Shown piece after piece: positions 48,171-58,598 of a DNA stretch of 64,000 bases. The notes beneath the pieces were generated by a model. It did no database searches, was not told the DNA's origin, and was given only the letters and a program-made list of their open reading frames with translations. Every line of letters starts with the position of its first letter. Positions within the stretch are counted from its first letter, which is position 1. The translations under genes were made by a program, and so were the position numbers. Source of the DNA: Escherichia coli 042 (GTDB lineage: Bacteria > Pseudomonadota > Gammaproteobacteria > Enterobacterales > Enterobacteriaceae); assembly GCF_000027125.1 (NCBI RefSeq), contig NC_017626.1, one strand, 5' to 3'.

Positions 48171-48565
48171 ATTTCCTCCTGAGTTGTCCGGGGAATACTG
48201 AATCCTCCGGTCTGGCAGTGTGTGCAGTACTGCTCCCCATAATAATCGTGGTGACATTGTCTGCAGTGCCAGCTGGCTTTACGCACCACGGGTAAGGCAT
48301 CCGGTACGAATTGCTGCAGACGTTTAATCAACTGTATTTCTCTGCGCTCCGGCCTGACATAAGGGCACTGTTGACCGTGCTCTGTCAGCCTGTCGTCAGT
48401 GTGTTCAAACCAGGGAAGTTCAGTTTCGTATTGCGGATGGTATCTGAGTGCACTGCCACACAAGTGGCAGGTGTAGTTAGCATAAGGTGCGGCCTGTGCA
48501 GTACGGGCGCCCGTCAGACGTCCGTTGCCATCAAGAGCGATAAAGGATTTTGCGTACATAGTCAT
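48158..48565 (-). CDS. Cys-rich putative zinc-binding protein (paralog A, 135 aa)
   Basis: MTMYAKSF...CHLCGSAL...PWFEH...WHCRQCHHDYYGEQYCTHCQTG; same motif architecture as paralog B. Confidence 0.6.
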   Translation of the reverse strand: MTMYAKSFIALDGNGRLTGARTAQAAPYANYTCHLCGSALRYHPQYETELPWFEHTDDRLTEHGQQCPYVRPERREIQLIKRLQQFVPDALPVVRKASWHCRQCHHDYYGEQYCTHCQTGGFSIPRTTQEEICEF

Positions 48566-48818
48566 ATACCTCAGCCGCCAGACGACACGCAGGCAACAGC
48601 CGTCCCGGTACGGGCAGCGTGGTCAGGGTGTGAATGGCGGTTCAGTTAAAATCTGGACTGGAGTTTGGGTAAAGCAGGCTGGTTGCTGTTACAGCACTGT
48701 GGTTGTCACACAATGGAACACTGACGTAAAAAACAGTCAGTGGGCGAGTGGATACATCGTTGCTGCCAGACAACAACCCATACTTTTGGTTTGCCGGATA
48801 TTGGCGCGCCAGTCGTGC

Positions 48819-49424
48819 TCAACTCCGGCTACAGCCAAAATTGCGCTCACCGGTGCAGTGAGCTTTGGTATGCTCCTTCGCCAGATAGTCAGCACGTTCC
48901 AGCACTTGCTGAAAGCCGGTGTCATCATTACGCGCCAGCCACACCGCCGGCCAGGCCGGAAAATGCACCAGCGTGGCATGGCACCCGACATCCACTCCCA
49001 GGGCACTGCACCACGCCTGTTTAATCATCCCGGCCAGAGACTCCGGAGCGCGGTAATCACCGGCACGACACCAGGTATCCCGGTTGACCAGCAGCATCAG
49101 GTGATAGTGTTTTTTACCTTTGCACTCCCCAAACTCCCGGGCCCAGACGTAATGCAGGGTTGTGGGATGCACGCGTTTACCTTCCCGATGCTTACGTTTC
49201 TGGTAAGCGTCGATTCGGGCTTTCAGGGCATTGATGAAGCGGGATATCACAGCTGCGTCCGTTGCTGCCGGTACATCCGGGAGACGCAGGTCAACCCGCA
49301 ATGCCGTCAGGCGGGGATGAACATTCAGTGCGTGCCGCACCGTCTCACGAATACGTTGCTGCCAGAAGGGGTTGTATTTGTAGGTCATGGTTAAATCTCC
49401 GTATGGTTCATACGGAATAGCCAC
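48819..49424 (-). CDS. Hypothetical protein (201 aa); possibly inovirus Gp2-like family (tentative)
   Basis: Supplied ORF MAIPYEPYGDLTMTYKYNPFWQQRIRETV...; upstream of the Cys-rich pair on the same strand. Confidence 0.5.
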   Translation of the reverse strand: MAIPYEPYGDLTMTYKYNPFWQQRIRETVRHALNVHPRLTALRVDLRLPDVPAATDAAVISRFINALKARIDAYQKRKHREGKRVHPTTLHYVWAREFGECKGKKHYHLMLLVNRDTWCRAGDYRAPESLAGMIKQAWCSALGVDVGCHATLVHFPAWPAVWLARNDDTGFQQVLERADYLAKEHTKAHCTGERNFGCSRS

Positions 49425-49586
49425 GTCGTAAAAAATACGCAGAGTCCCTGAAGTGACCTCCGGCAGGACACTGTCTCAGGCACTCTGTGATAACCCGAAC
49501 GGTCGTCTCCGGACTGACGGTTGAATTTTCAGCGTCGTTTTTTAATGTAAAAAACCGGTTACGGGTAAGGCTGTGAGGAGGGAGTG

Positions 49587-49787
49587 ATGGTGATACGCAA
49601 AAAGAAGTGCAGGGACTGTGGAAACGCGATTACTCATAATACAGTGTGTTGCCCGTATTGTGGTTCTGTCGACCCCTTCGGCTACTACCGGAATACAGAC
49701 CGTATCGTTACCATACTGCTGGCGCTGATTATTGTGGTCCTGCTGACTACTGTCAGCGTCAGTGTGTGTATACTGTGTAGCTGGTGA
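49587..49787 (+). CDS. Small zinc-ribbon membrane protein (66 aa)
   Basis: CRDCGN...CCPYCGS followed by one hydrophobic helix IVTILLALIIVVLLTTVSVSV; GGAGGGAG SD before ATG 49587. Confidence 0.45.
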   Translation: MVIRKKKCRDCGNAITHNTVCCPYCGSVDPFGYYRNTDRIVTILLALIIVVLLTTVSVSVCILCSW

Positions 49788-51016
49788 GATAACGGTTCAT
49801 GTATCCCCTGAGCTGACAGTGTACCGTGTATATTAAGCGTAACCGACAGGTTCTCCTTCATACCATATTAAATTTTCCAGGGATTGCCGCTGCCTTATTT
49901 CGTCCCATACAGGAAAACTCATCTGGGTTTCTGACAAATACGCGAAACTCACAGCCCCTCAATATCAACCACACGTTGTAAGCCGGTAATACCTGAAAAT
50001 CAGCCTATTACCGCCCACGCCTCCGGCACCATTCCCTTTTGATTTCGAATTCTTTGTTGTCGCTATACCGCTTAATGTTCCCGGTCCTCCGGTGCAGATA
50101 ACACCGGAGTCATCGTAGCGCTGCTTCAATATTCAGGTGACATATTTCCAGACGGAAGCCGGCGCGCGATCGTAAAGTTTGTTCATTGTCAGTTCTGCCA
50201 GCCGGTTGTCAACGGCAGAGTTAAAGGCTTCCAGCTCCGCAAGGGTAAGTTTATAACGCGTGTGGGAATTCACTTTTCCCGCGTCTCCTGACGTATTACG
50301 GGCTGCCACTTACCAGGTGTCCCGCAATACAGCCTTAGTGTTCCGTTATCGGGGATCCGGACGCACCGCAACAACCGGGGAAGTATTTCTGGTTTAGAGC
50401 AGTGTCAAGAGGGATTTCTCAGCCCCTCACTCACCGGCTCAGTCTCAGGGCAGGAGCATTAATACGCTCAGTTCATGTCTTATACAGGAATGGGCACAGG
50501 GGGAGCTGGCGTGTCACTGCTGATTTTACGCATCAGCGTTCATGTATCTGCACTCTGATACATGAACGATTCACAGCGCTCTGTTACCGGAGAGATTTAC
50601 TCTCTTAGCTTACTCTGGCAAATCCTTTACGTTACTCTCTGATGACTTCTTATATTTATAATACCAATCAGACAGCCTTATCCCATCGGTGATATCAGTC
50701 TCCTCCTCGCCAGGAACGGGCTGACTCACTGTAACCACCTCCGAAAACAACTCTGCAATTATCAGAACGCCTGCTTCTCTCCCTGTCCTCACGAAAACTA
50801 TCCCCTCTTTATCGCGCGTGCGTGCGGAAGCATCTTTTCGCAACAACCACCCGGTATACCGGTACGGCTCAGCCACCGCAACCTCCCCGTTTATCTCCTG
50901 GCGGTCACATTCCCGATTATTTTTTACGTTTCTCCCCGGTTGTTATGCCGGTGAAGGTGGCGCGCTGTTTTCATGACCACACCGGCTGGTTTAACAACAT
51001 CCGGAGGAACATTCTC

Positions 51017-51223
51017 ATGGCTACCCCAGTTTCACTGATGGATGACCAGATGGTCGACATGGCATTTATCACTCAACTGACCGGCCTGACAGATAAGTGG
51101 TTTTACAGGCTCATCAGGGATGGGGCCTTTCCGGCTCCCATCAAGCTGGGCCGCAGCTCCCGCTGGCTGAAAAGTGAAGTGGAAGCCTGGCTGCAGGCGC
51201 GTATTGCACAGCCCCGCCCGTAA
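51017..51223 (+). CDS. alpA: AlpA-family prophage transcriptional regulator
   Basis: MATPVSLMDDQMVDMAFITQLTGLTDKWFYRLIRDGAFPAPIKLGRSSRWLKSEVEAWL; GGAGG SD 9 nt upstream. Confidence 0.8.
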   Translation: MATPVSLMDDQMVDMAFITQLTGLTDKWFYRLIRDGAFPAPIKLGRSSRWLKSEVEAWLQARIAQPRP

Positions 51224-51311
51224 TTTCTGACCGTTATCCGTTCACCCGCAGCAGACGTAATCCCCGGCCTGCCGGCGGCATTCTGCTGCCTGTTATATCC
51301 CCGTGAGGAAT

Positions 51312-51920
51312 ATGAAAATGAAACAACAGTATCAGACCCGCTACGAATGGCTCCACGAAAGCTACCAGAAATGGCTGACCGGCTTCACCCGGCACGCCGT
51401 ATCCTGGGGCGTGTGTCATCCGAATATCTACTACTTCCATAATCTGACGCCCGGTTGGGTGTCATTCAATGGTGAAAAACCGGAGATTGCCATCGTACCC
51501 CAGAGCCTGCACCGGCTGATTTATGGCCCTGACAAACGGGCCACGCCGCCCCTGGATGATGATCTGATTGTGAATTTATGCACCAGTGAACATCTGCTGG
51601 TTCATCATCCGATGCTGGAAGGCATTCTCCTGTCTGAATGTGAACGTCTGAGGCAGCGTTCTCTGGCAAATAAACTGATCAGCCTCTTCCGTCAGTTTGG
51701 TGGCACGGAGTTGCGCCTCAAACTGGTCTGGCTTTGCTGGCTTGATTTAATGACCGGAAACAGCCTTGAAGACTGGAAAGAGAACCTGAAACGGAAATCA
51801 GAAAAAGAGCTGGAGGAATGGATCATCAACCGTCAGAGGCAGAGCGCAGCACTGACGGATCTGATGGATCAGTACGTGCTCCTGGCATACCGCACAACGG
51901 TTGACGATAGCCGCAACTGA
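51312..51920 (+). CDS. Hypothetical protein (~203 aa), island cargo
   Basis: Supplied ORF; start codon among clustered ATGs at 51312-51320 is uncertain. Confidence 0.45.
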   Translation: MKMKQQYQTRYEWLHESYQKWLTGFTRHAVSWGVCHPNIYYFHNLTPGWVSFNGEKPEIAIVPQSLHRLIYGPDKRATPPLDDDLIVNLCTSEHLLVHHPMLEGILLSECERLRQRSLANKLISLFRQFGGTELRLKLVWLCWLDLMTGNSLEDWKENLKRKSEKELEEWIINRQRQSAALTDLMDQYVLLAYRTTVDDSRN

Positions 51921-53122
51921 TGCCGGTTGCTTCCGGAAGGTGTGACAAAATACGGAAATGATGATGCTCCCGGCCCTGCATGCTCACCTGCAGAGCGTGT
52001 TCGTCGTCATCATACTGAGCCATGACGGGCGTCTTAAGGGCATCCTGTCATTGCTGAGCAGGCAACACCACCAGAGGAGCCACGGACAGGGATGTTCTTT
52101 ACAGCCCGATACACGCCAGGTTCTCAGCAGACTGAATGTGCAGGTGCGGTTATTCACCAGAAATGGCATGCTGCGGTACATACCCATCCTGGTGACAATA
52201 TGTACGTGGCGACAGCGATCCCGGCACTGTGGAAGAGACTCACTCAGCCTGCAGGATATTCTTTCCGGCATCCGGGAATGTCCGCCTGAATGCAAACAGG
52301 ATGATATTTGAATCCGTAATACTGTTCTTTCATCATAAATAATTTATGCAGATACAGTTAACCGTTACAGTAGCCGGTTTGTTTTACCGGGAAATAATAT
52401 CCGTCAGACTGATGCCGGAACATATCTGAAACACGTTATGATGTTTTGTTATCAGAAATGTTGTATATTCTTATCCGTGGCGACAGTTTAATGCCCTCTG
52501 GTATCACCTTGGATAATGCATATCCTGCGATGATTCGTTATATTTACGGGACACGCCTCTTTTCATTGTGCTCCTTTTCAGACTTCATTTTCCGTAAGTG
52601 TTCCCCGGCATAAAGGAGGTACCTTTCTGGCGTTTATAACTCTCTTTATCGGTGACGCCGGTAATACAGGGAATACCACACCGACAAACGAGGTATTAAC
52701 AGACGATATTTCAGTGTCCATAATTTTTCTGTCCGGTTAAATAACGTCAGTCTGCTGCCCTCTGACTGTAATCATCAAAGCCGGAATGCATACCGGGTTA
52801 CAACGTAAAAAAAGTGATGCTGGCCCCCGGTGCAGCTGGCGGGCGAAACATGTTTACCTTTCAATACCCCCTGTCTGCAGTCTCCACTCTTCCATCCTCT
52901 TAAGCTACGTCGGCCACATGAGTGCACTTCCATGATAACAGGTATTCCTGTCAGCATAACGAAGCTGGTTACCTTCCCTTCCTCCTGCATTTCCTGTCAG
53001 AATGACTGTACAGCGCGCAGATTGCCTTTTTATTGACCACCTTAATATACCATTATAAACTTCTTTTTATCATGTTATTATCACCTTATTATGTTTAATT
53101 TTTAAGCAGCCGGAGAAAGGGG

Positions 53123-54001
53123 ATGGTTCAGAAAATTTTGTCGGATAAGGTTATGAATGAAAGAACAAATGCGTATTACTCTTATTATCTTGGAGGGCGT
53201 AATATCTCCGTACTGCCCCTTAATGTTTATGATCCCCCGGAACGTTTTATCGCTTACATAAAAAAAAACAGAGAAAATCTGAACATCACACTTTCAGATT
53301 TTGAACTTGAACAAATAATTTCTGGTATGCGTCTGAAGGCCCTGGCCTTCCTGGTCCCCCTGGAAAAAATATCCTGGATCGCGGGCAGTGAACGCGCATG
53401 CTTATTTTCCTGGTATCTGTTGATGCAGTTTATCCAGAATAACAGGGCAAAAATAAGCGCAGACTTGCTTCAAAAGAATAAACTGTATCTTAAAGAAGAG
53501 TATCTGGAAGGGAATGCCTTCCCGTCGGACTCATCGACACAGTTCAGACAAATACTCAGAGTTCTCGATATTCTTTCTGATAAGAATTTGCGGGATGAGT
53601 GGATAATCCAGACCAAAGACAGATGGATGCGGGCATTTAAATCAAAGAGTCCTTTCAGTTACCTCCTCCCGGAGAACGAACATGAATGCATATGGACATG
53701 GAATTATTTGAAGGGAAAAAATATTGCACTGGAAAAACTGGCCAGTTTTCCTGGTTCTGCTGATATTTACCACGCAATTCACCTTTCATTTGACATATGG
53801 GTTACCTGTCCACTCACCTCACCTGACGATATAAAAAATTTCAGAAACAGTTTCAATAAGGCCAAGGCGCAGCGCAAGTACAAAAAATGCAGGAAGATAA
53901 AGTCAATGTACAGTTTTTTCTTGACGCAGAAACCAGGGCGCAGCTCAAAGAATTATCGAGGGTCAGAAGACTCAGTACCGGCGAAATGCTGCATGACCTG
54001 A
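53123..54001 (+). CDS. Hypothetical protein (292 aa), AT-rich island cargo
   Basis: Supplied ORF; contains A9 homopolymer at ~53255-53263; an alternative frame over the last ~150 bp encodes MQEDKVNVQFFLDAETRAQLKELSRVRRLSTGEMLHDLIVEEYKRYRHSR*. Confidence 0.4.
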   Translation: MVQKILSDKVMNERTNAYYSYYLGGRNISVLPLNVYDPPERFIAYIKKNRENLNITLSDFELEQIISGMRLKALAFLVPLEKISWIAGSERACLFSWYLLMQFIQNNRAKISADLLQKNKLYLKEEYLEGNAFPSDSSTQFRQILRVLDILSDKNLRDEWIIQTKDRWMRAFKSKSPFSYLLPENEHECIWTWNYLKGKNIALEKLASFPGSADIYHAIHLSFDIWVTCPLTSPDDIKNFRNSFNKAKAQRKYKKCRKIKSMYSFFLTQKPGRSSKNYRGSEDSVPAKCCMT

Positions 54002-54065
54002 TTGTTGAAGAGTATAAAAGGTACCGACATTCCAGATAATTTCAGACATATATTATCTCTGTGAG

Positions 54066-54108
54066 TCCCCCGCCACCTTTCCGGTGTGCGGGGGTTTTGT
54101 CTTTTTTC
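54066..54108 (+). terminator. Rho-independent terminator
   Basis: GC stem cccccgc ... gcggggg with short loop, followed by ttttgtctttttt. Confidence 0.5.
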
Positions 54109-54123
54109 ACCGGGAATACATGT

Positions 54124-54996
54124 ATGAATCCGTCTGATGCCATTGAGGCAATTGAAAAACCGCTCTCCTCCCTGCCTTACTCACTTTCCCGTCACATCCA
54201 GGAACATCTGCGCAAACTCACCAGTCACGAACCCGTGATTGGCATTATGGGTAAAAGCGGGGCCGGTAAATCCTCACTCTGTAATGCACTGTTTCAGGGG
54301 GAGGTCACCCCGGTCAGTGATGTTCACGCCGGCACCCGGGAAGTGCGGCGCTTCCGTCTGAGTGGCCACGGTCACAGCATGATTATCACTGACCTGCCCG
54401 GGGTGGGCGAGAGCCGGGACAGGGATGCAGAGTATGAAGCCCTGTACCGTGACATTCTGCCTGAACTTGACCTGGTACTGTGGCTGATTAAAGCCGATGA
54501 CCGTGCCCTGTCTGTGGATGAGTATTTCTGGCGACACATACTGCACCGGGGACATCAGCAGGTGCTGTTTGTGGTGACGCAGGCCGACAAAACGGAGCCC
54601 TGCCATGAATGGGATATGGCCGGCATTCAGCCTTCTCCCGCACAGGCACAGAACATTCGTGAGAAAACAGATGCGGTATTCCGGCTGTTCCGGCCCGTAC
54701 ATCCGGTTGTGGCCGTATCGGCCTGCACCGGCTGGGAACTGGATACGCTGGTCAGTGCGCTCATGACAGCGCTTCCCGACCATGCCGCCAGTCCCCTGAT
54801 GACCCGCCTGCAGGACGAGCTGCGCACGGAATCTGTCCGGTCTCAGGCCCGTGAACAGTTTACCGGTGCGGTGGACCGGATATTTGACACGGCGGAGAGC
54901 GTCTGTATTGCCTCTGTTGCACGCACGGTTCTGCGTGCCGTCCGTGACTCGGTGGTCTCTGTTGCCCGCGCTGTATGGAACTGGATTTTCTTCTGA
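54124..54996 (+). CDS. yeeP: YeeP/YfjP/YkfA-family GTPase
   Basis: MNPSDAIEAIEK...; G1 motif GIMGKSGAGKSS, ITDLPG; start at ATG 54124. Confidence 0.8.
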   Translation: MNPSDAIEAIEKPLSSLPYSLSRHIQEHLRKLTSHEPVIGIMGKSGAGKSSLCNALFQGEVTPVSDVHAGTREVRRFRLSGHGHSMIITDLPGVGESRDRDAEYEALYRDILPELDLVLWLIKADDRALSVDEYFWRHILHRGHQQVLFVVTQADKTEPCHEWDMAGIQPSPAQAQNIREKTDAVFRLFRPVHPVVAVSACTGWELDTLVSALMTALPDHAASPLMTRLQDELRTESVRSQAREQFTGAVDRIFDTAESVCIASVARTVLRAVRDSVVSVARAVWNWIFF

Positions 54997-55104
54997 ACAG
55001 TCTGCCAGGGGAAATGCCTGATTACATTGCGTTAACCAACTGAAAACATGACACAAACACCTCATGCTCCTCCTGTTTCTCTTGCGTGACCGCCTTGCAA
55101 TCAA

Positions 55105-55160
55105 TAGAATAAAACGATCGATAAAACAGGTATCGATCGTTACTATCGATCGTTTATAGT
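55105..55160 (+). promoter_or_regulatory. Antigen 43 phase-variation switch (three Dam GATC sites, OxyR site)
   Basis: GATC at 55116-55119, 55135-55138 and 55148-55151, embedded in repeated cgatcg(a/t)t units, ~220 bp upstream of flu start. Confidence 0.65.
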
Positions 55161-55368
55161 GGTTAATGGTCTGCGAAAAGGCAGCTGAATCTCTTCATCA
55201 TGCAGAACGGAATTGCACACAACGGACTGATACTTCTCTGGCGGATGAGAGAGGGGAAGCATTTATGCCCGGGAAAAACCACTTTATCTGACCATGCTGT
55301 TTTGTACCTGCCGGTATCCACATTTGTGGGTACCGGCTTTTTTATTCACCCTCTGTAAGGAAAAGCTG

Positions 55369-58215
55369 ATGAAACGACATCTGAACACCAGCTACAGGCT
55401 GGTATGGAATCACATTACGGGCACCCTGGTGGTGGCTTCCGAACTGGCGCGCTCACGGGGAAAACGCACCGGTGTGGCGGTTGCGCTGTCTCTTGCTGCT
55501 GTCACGTCAGTCCCGGTACTGGCTGCTGACACGGTCGTACAGGCGGGAGAAACCGTGAGCGGCGGAACACTGACAAATCATGACAACCAGATTGTCTTCG
55601 GTACGGCCAACGGAATGACCATCAGTACCGGTCTGGAGTATGGGCCGGATAACGAGGCCAATACCGGCGGACAATGGATACAAAATGGCGGTATCGCCAA
55701 CAACACTACTGTCACCGGTGGTGGTCTTCAGAGAGTGAATGCCGGAGGAAGCGTTTCAGACACGGTTATCAGTGCCGGAGGCGGACAGAGCCTTCAGGGG
55801 CAGGCAGTGAACACCACTCTGAACGGCGGTGAGCAGTGGGTACATGAAGGCGGGATTGCAACGGGTACCGTCATTAATGAGAAGGGCTGGCAGGCCGTCA
55901 AATCCGGCGCAATGGCAACCGACACGGTTGTGAATACCGGCGCGGAAGGGGGACCGGATGCAGAAAATGGTGATACCGGGCAGTTTGTTCGCGGAAATGC
56001 CGTACGTACCACTATCAATGAAAATGGTCGTCAGATTGTGGCTGCTGAAGGAACAGCAAATACCACTGTGGTTTATGCCGGCGGCGACCAGACGGTACAC
56101 GGGCATGCGCTGGATACCACACTGAATGGCGGTTACCAGTATGTGCACAACGGAGGCACAGCCTCTGACACGGTTGTAAACAGTGACGGCTGGCAGATTG
56201 TCAAGGAAGGTGGTCTGGCGGATTTCACCACCGTTAACCAGAAAGGCAAACTGCAGGTGAACGCCGGTGGTACAGCCACGAATGTCACCCTGAAGCAGGG
56301 AGGCGCACTGGTCACCAGTACGGCGGCAACCGTCACCGGCAGCAACCGTCTGGGCAATTTCACTGTGGAAAACGGTAATGCTGACGGTGTTGTTCTGGAG
56401 TCCGGTGGTCGCCTGGATGTACTGGAGGGCCATTCAGCCTGGAAAACACTGGTGGATGACGGCGGAACCCTGGCAGTGTCTGCCGGTGGTAAGGCAACAG
56501 ATGTCACCATGACATCCGGTAGTGCCCTGATTGCAGACAGTGGTGCCACTGTTGAGGGGACCAATGCCAGCGGTAAGTTCAGTATTGATGGCACATCCGG
56601 TCAGGCCAGCGGACTGCTGCTGGAAAATGGCGGCAGCTTTACGGTTAATGCCGGAGGACTGGCCAGCAACACCACTGTCGGACATCGTGGAACACTGACG
56701 CTGGCTGCCGGGGGAAGTCTGAGTGGCAGAACACAGCTCAGTAAAGGTGCCAGCATGGTACTGAATGGCGATGTGGTCAGTACCGGCGATATTGTTAACG
56801 CAGGGGAGATTCGCTTTGATAATCAGACGACACCGGATGCCGCGCTGAGCCGTGCTGTTGCAAAAGGCGACTCCCCGGTAACGTTCCATAAACTGACCAC
56901 CAGTAACCTCACCGGTCAGGGTGGCACCATCAATATGCGTGTTCGCCTTGATGGCAGCAATACCTCTGACCAGCTGGTGATTAATGGTGGTCAGGCAACC
57001 GGCAAAACCTGGCTTGCGTTTACAAATGTCGGAAACAGTAACCTCGGGGTGGCAACCTCCGGACAGGGTATCCGGGTTGTGGATGCACAGAATGGCGCCA
57101 CCACAGAAGAAGGTGCGTTTGCCCTGAGTCGCCCGCTTCAGGCCGGCGCCTTTAACTACACCCTGAACCGTGACAGCGATGAAGACTGGTACCTGCGCAG
57201 TGAAAATGCTTATCGTGCTGAAGTCCCCCTGTATACATCCATGCTGACACAGGCAATGGACTATGACCGGATTCTGGCAGGCTCCCGCAGCCATCAGACC
57301 GGTGTAAACGGTGAAAATAACAGCGTCCGTCTCAGCATTCAGGGCGGTCATCTCGGTCACGATAACAACGGCGGTATTGCCCGTGGAGCCACGCCGGAAA
57401 GCAGCGGCAGCTATGGCTTCGTCCGTCTGGAGGGTGACCTGCTCAGAACAGAGGTTGCCGGTATGTCTCTGACGACAGGGGTGCATGGTGCCGCAGGCCA
57501 TTCTTCCGTTGATGTTAAGGATGATGACGGTTCCCGCGCCGGCACGGTCCGGGATGATGCCGGCAGCCTGGGCGGATACCTGAATCTGACACACACGTCC
57601 TCCGGCCTGTGGGCTGACATTGTGGCACAGGGAACCCGCCACAGCATGAAAGCGTCATCGGACAATAACGACTTCCGCGCCCGCGGCTGGGGCTGGCTGG
57701 GCTCACTGGAAACCGGTCTGCCCTTCAGTATCACTGACAACCTGATGCTGGAGCCACAACTGCAGTATACCTGGCAGGGACTTTCCCTGGATGACGGCCA
57801 GGATAACGCCGGTTATGTGAAGTTCGGGCATGGCAGTGCACAACATGTGCGTGCCGGTTTCCGTCTGGGCAGCCACAACGATATGAGCTTTGGTGAAGGC
57901 ACCTCATCCCGTGACACCCTGCGCGACAGTGCAAAACACCGTGTGCGTGAACTGCCGGTGAACTGGTGGGTACAGCCTTCTGTTATCCGCACCTTCAGTT
58001 CCCGGGGTGACATGAGCATGGGGACAGCCGCCGCCGGCAGTAACATGACGTTCTCACCGTCCCGGAATGGCACGTCACTGGACCTGCAGGCCGGACTGGA
58101 AGCCCGTGTCCGGGAAAATATCACCCTGGGCGTTCAGGCCGGTTATGCCCACAGTGTCAGCGGCAGCAGCGCTGAAGGTTATAACGGTCAGGCCACGCTG
58201 AATGTGACTTTCTGA
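55369..58215 (+). CDS. flu: Antigen 43 autotransporter adhesin (948 aa)
   Basis: [33 protein letters not shown]... signal/extended leader, beta-helical passenger repeats, C-terminal beta-barrel ending ...GQATLNVTF. Confidence 0.9.
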   Translation: MKRHLNTSYRLVWNHITGTLVVASELARSRGKRTGVAVALSLAAVTSVPVLAADTVVQAGETVSGGTLTNHDNQIVFGTANGMTISTGLEYGPDNEANTGGQWIQNGGIANNTTVTGGGLQRVNAGGSVSDTVISAGGGQSLQGQAVNTTLNGGEQWVHEGGIATGTVINEKGWQAVKSGAMATDTVVNTGAEGGPDAENGDTGQFVRGNAVRTTINENGRQIVAAEGTANTTVVYAGGDQTVHGHALDTTLNGGYQYVHNGGTASDTVVNSDGWQIVKEGGLADFTTVNQKGKLQVNAGGTATNVTLKQGGALVTSTAATVTGSNRLGNFTVENGNADGVVLESGGRLDVLEGHSAWKTLVDDGGTLAVSAGGKATDVTMTSGSALIADSGATVEGTNASGKFSIDGTSGQASGLLLENGGSFTVNAGGLASNTTVGHRGTLTLAAGGSLSGRTQLSKGASMVLNGDVVSTGDIVNAGEIRFDNQTTPDAALSRAVAKGDSPVTFHKLTTSNLTGQGGTINMRVRLDGSNTSDQLVINGGQATGKTWLAFTNVGNSNLGVATSGQGIRVVDAQNGATTEEGAFALSRPLQAGAFNYTLNRDSDEDWYLRSENAYRAEVPLYTSMLTQAMDYDRILAGSRSHQTGVNGENNSVRLSIQGGHLGHDNNGGIARGATPESSGSYGFVRLEGDLLRTEVAGMSLTTGVHGAAGHSSVDVKDDDGSRAGTVRDDAGSLGGYLNLTHTSSGLWADIVAQGTRHSMKASSDNNDFRARGWGWLGSLETGLPFSITDNLMLEPQLQYTWQGLSLDDGQDNAGYVKFGHGSAQHVRAGFRLGSHNDMSFGEGTSSRDTLRDSAKHRVRELPVNWWVQPSVIRTFSSRGDMSMGTAAAGSNMTFSPSRNGTSLDLQAGLEARVRENITLGVQAGYAHSVSGSSAEGYNGQATLNVTF

Positions 58216-58235
58216 TAATCAGGTCACTCTCCTTC

Positions 58236-58268
58236 AGGCCCCGGTCATCATGACCGGGGCTTTTTACT
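58236..58268 (+). terminator. Rho-independent terminator after flu
   Basis: gccccggtcat ... atgaccggggc stem followed by ttttt. Confidence 0.6.
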
Positions 58269-58598
58269 TTCAGGGAGCAACAGATATGCCGGGTTGTACA
58301 TCACGTTTATTGCCCGAAGGCCCTTTCTCACGCGAACAGGCTGTTGCCGTCAAAACAGCTTACCGCAATGTGTTTACTGAAGATGACCAGGGAACATATT
58401 CCCGGCTGGTTATCCGTAATGCTGAAGGTCAGTTGCGCTGGTGATGCCGGAACACAGCTTAATACTCAGCTCGCCAGTTAAGGGCTTCTCAGACAATAAA
58501 CGTCATTCATTTCATCTGTCAGGCCGCGTCTTCTCCGGGAGACGCAGCTTTTTCATTTATTACACCAGTAAATCGTAACCACCGATAAGGAGCAAATT

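Noticed and set aside
51920-53120. Retron or other ncRNA-encoded element in the cargo gap
   Set aside because: No reverse transcriptase gene and no convincing msr/msd-like inverted repeats seen by eye. Left as an unexplained non-coding gap.
55400-57100. Possible CRISPR-like or tandem DNA repeats
   Set aside because: The periodicity is imperfect and in-frame, reflecting beta-helix protein repeats. No spacer-repeat structure or cas genes.
56434-57642. 402-aa minus-strand ORF (and others at 55756-56433, 56133-56594) inside flu
   Set aside because: Antisense ORFs within the repetitive GC-rich Ag43 passenger region. The sense strand encodes a coherent autotransporter.
58250-58444. 64-aa ORF immediately after flu
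   Set aside because: Overlaps the flu terminator hairpin at its start and has no recognisable motif; mentioned only as a possible small gene.
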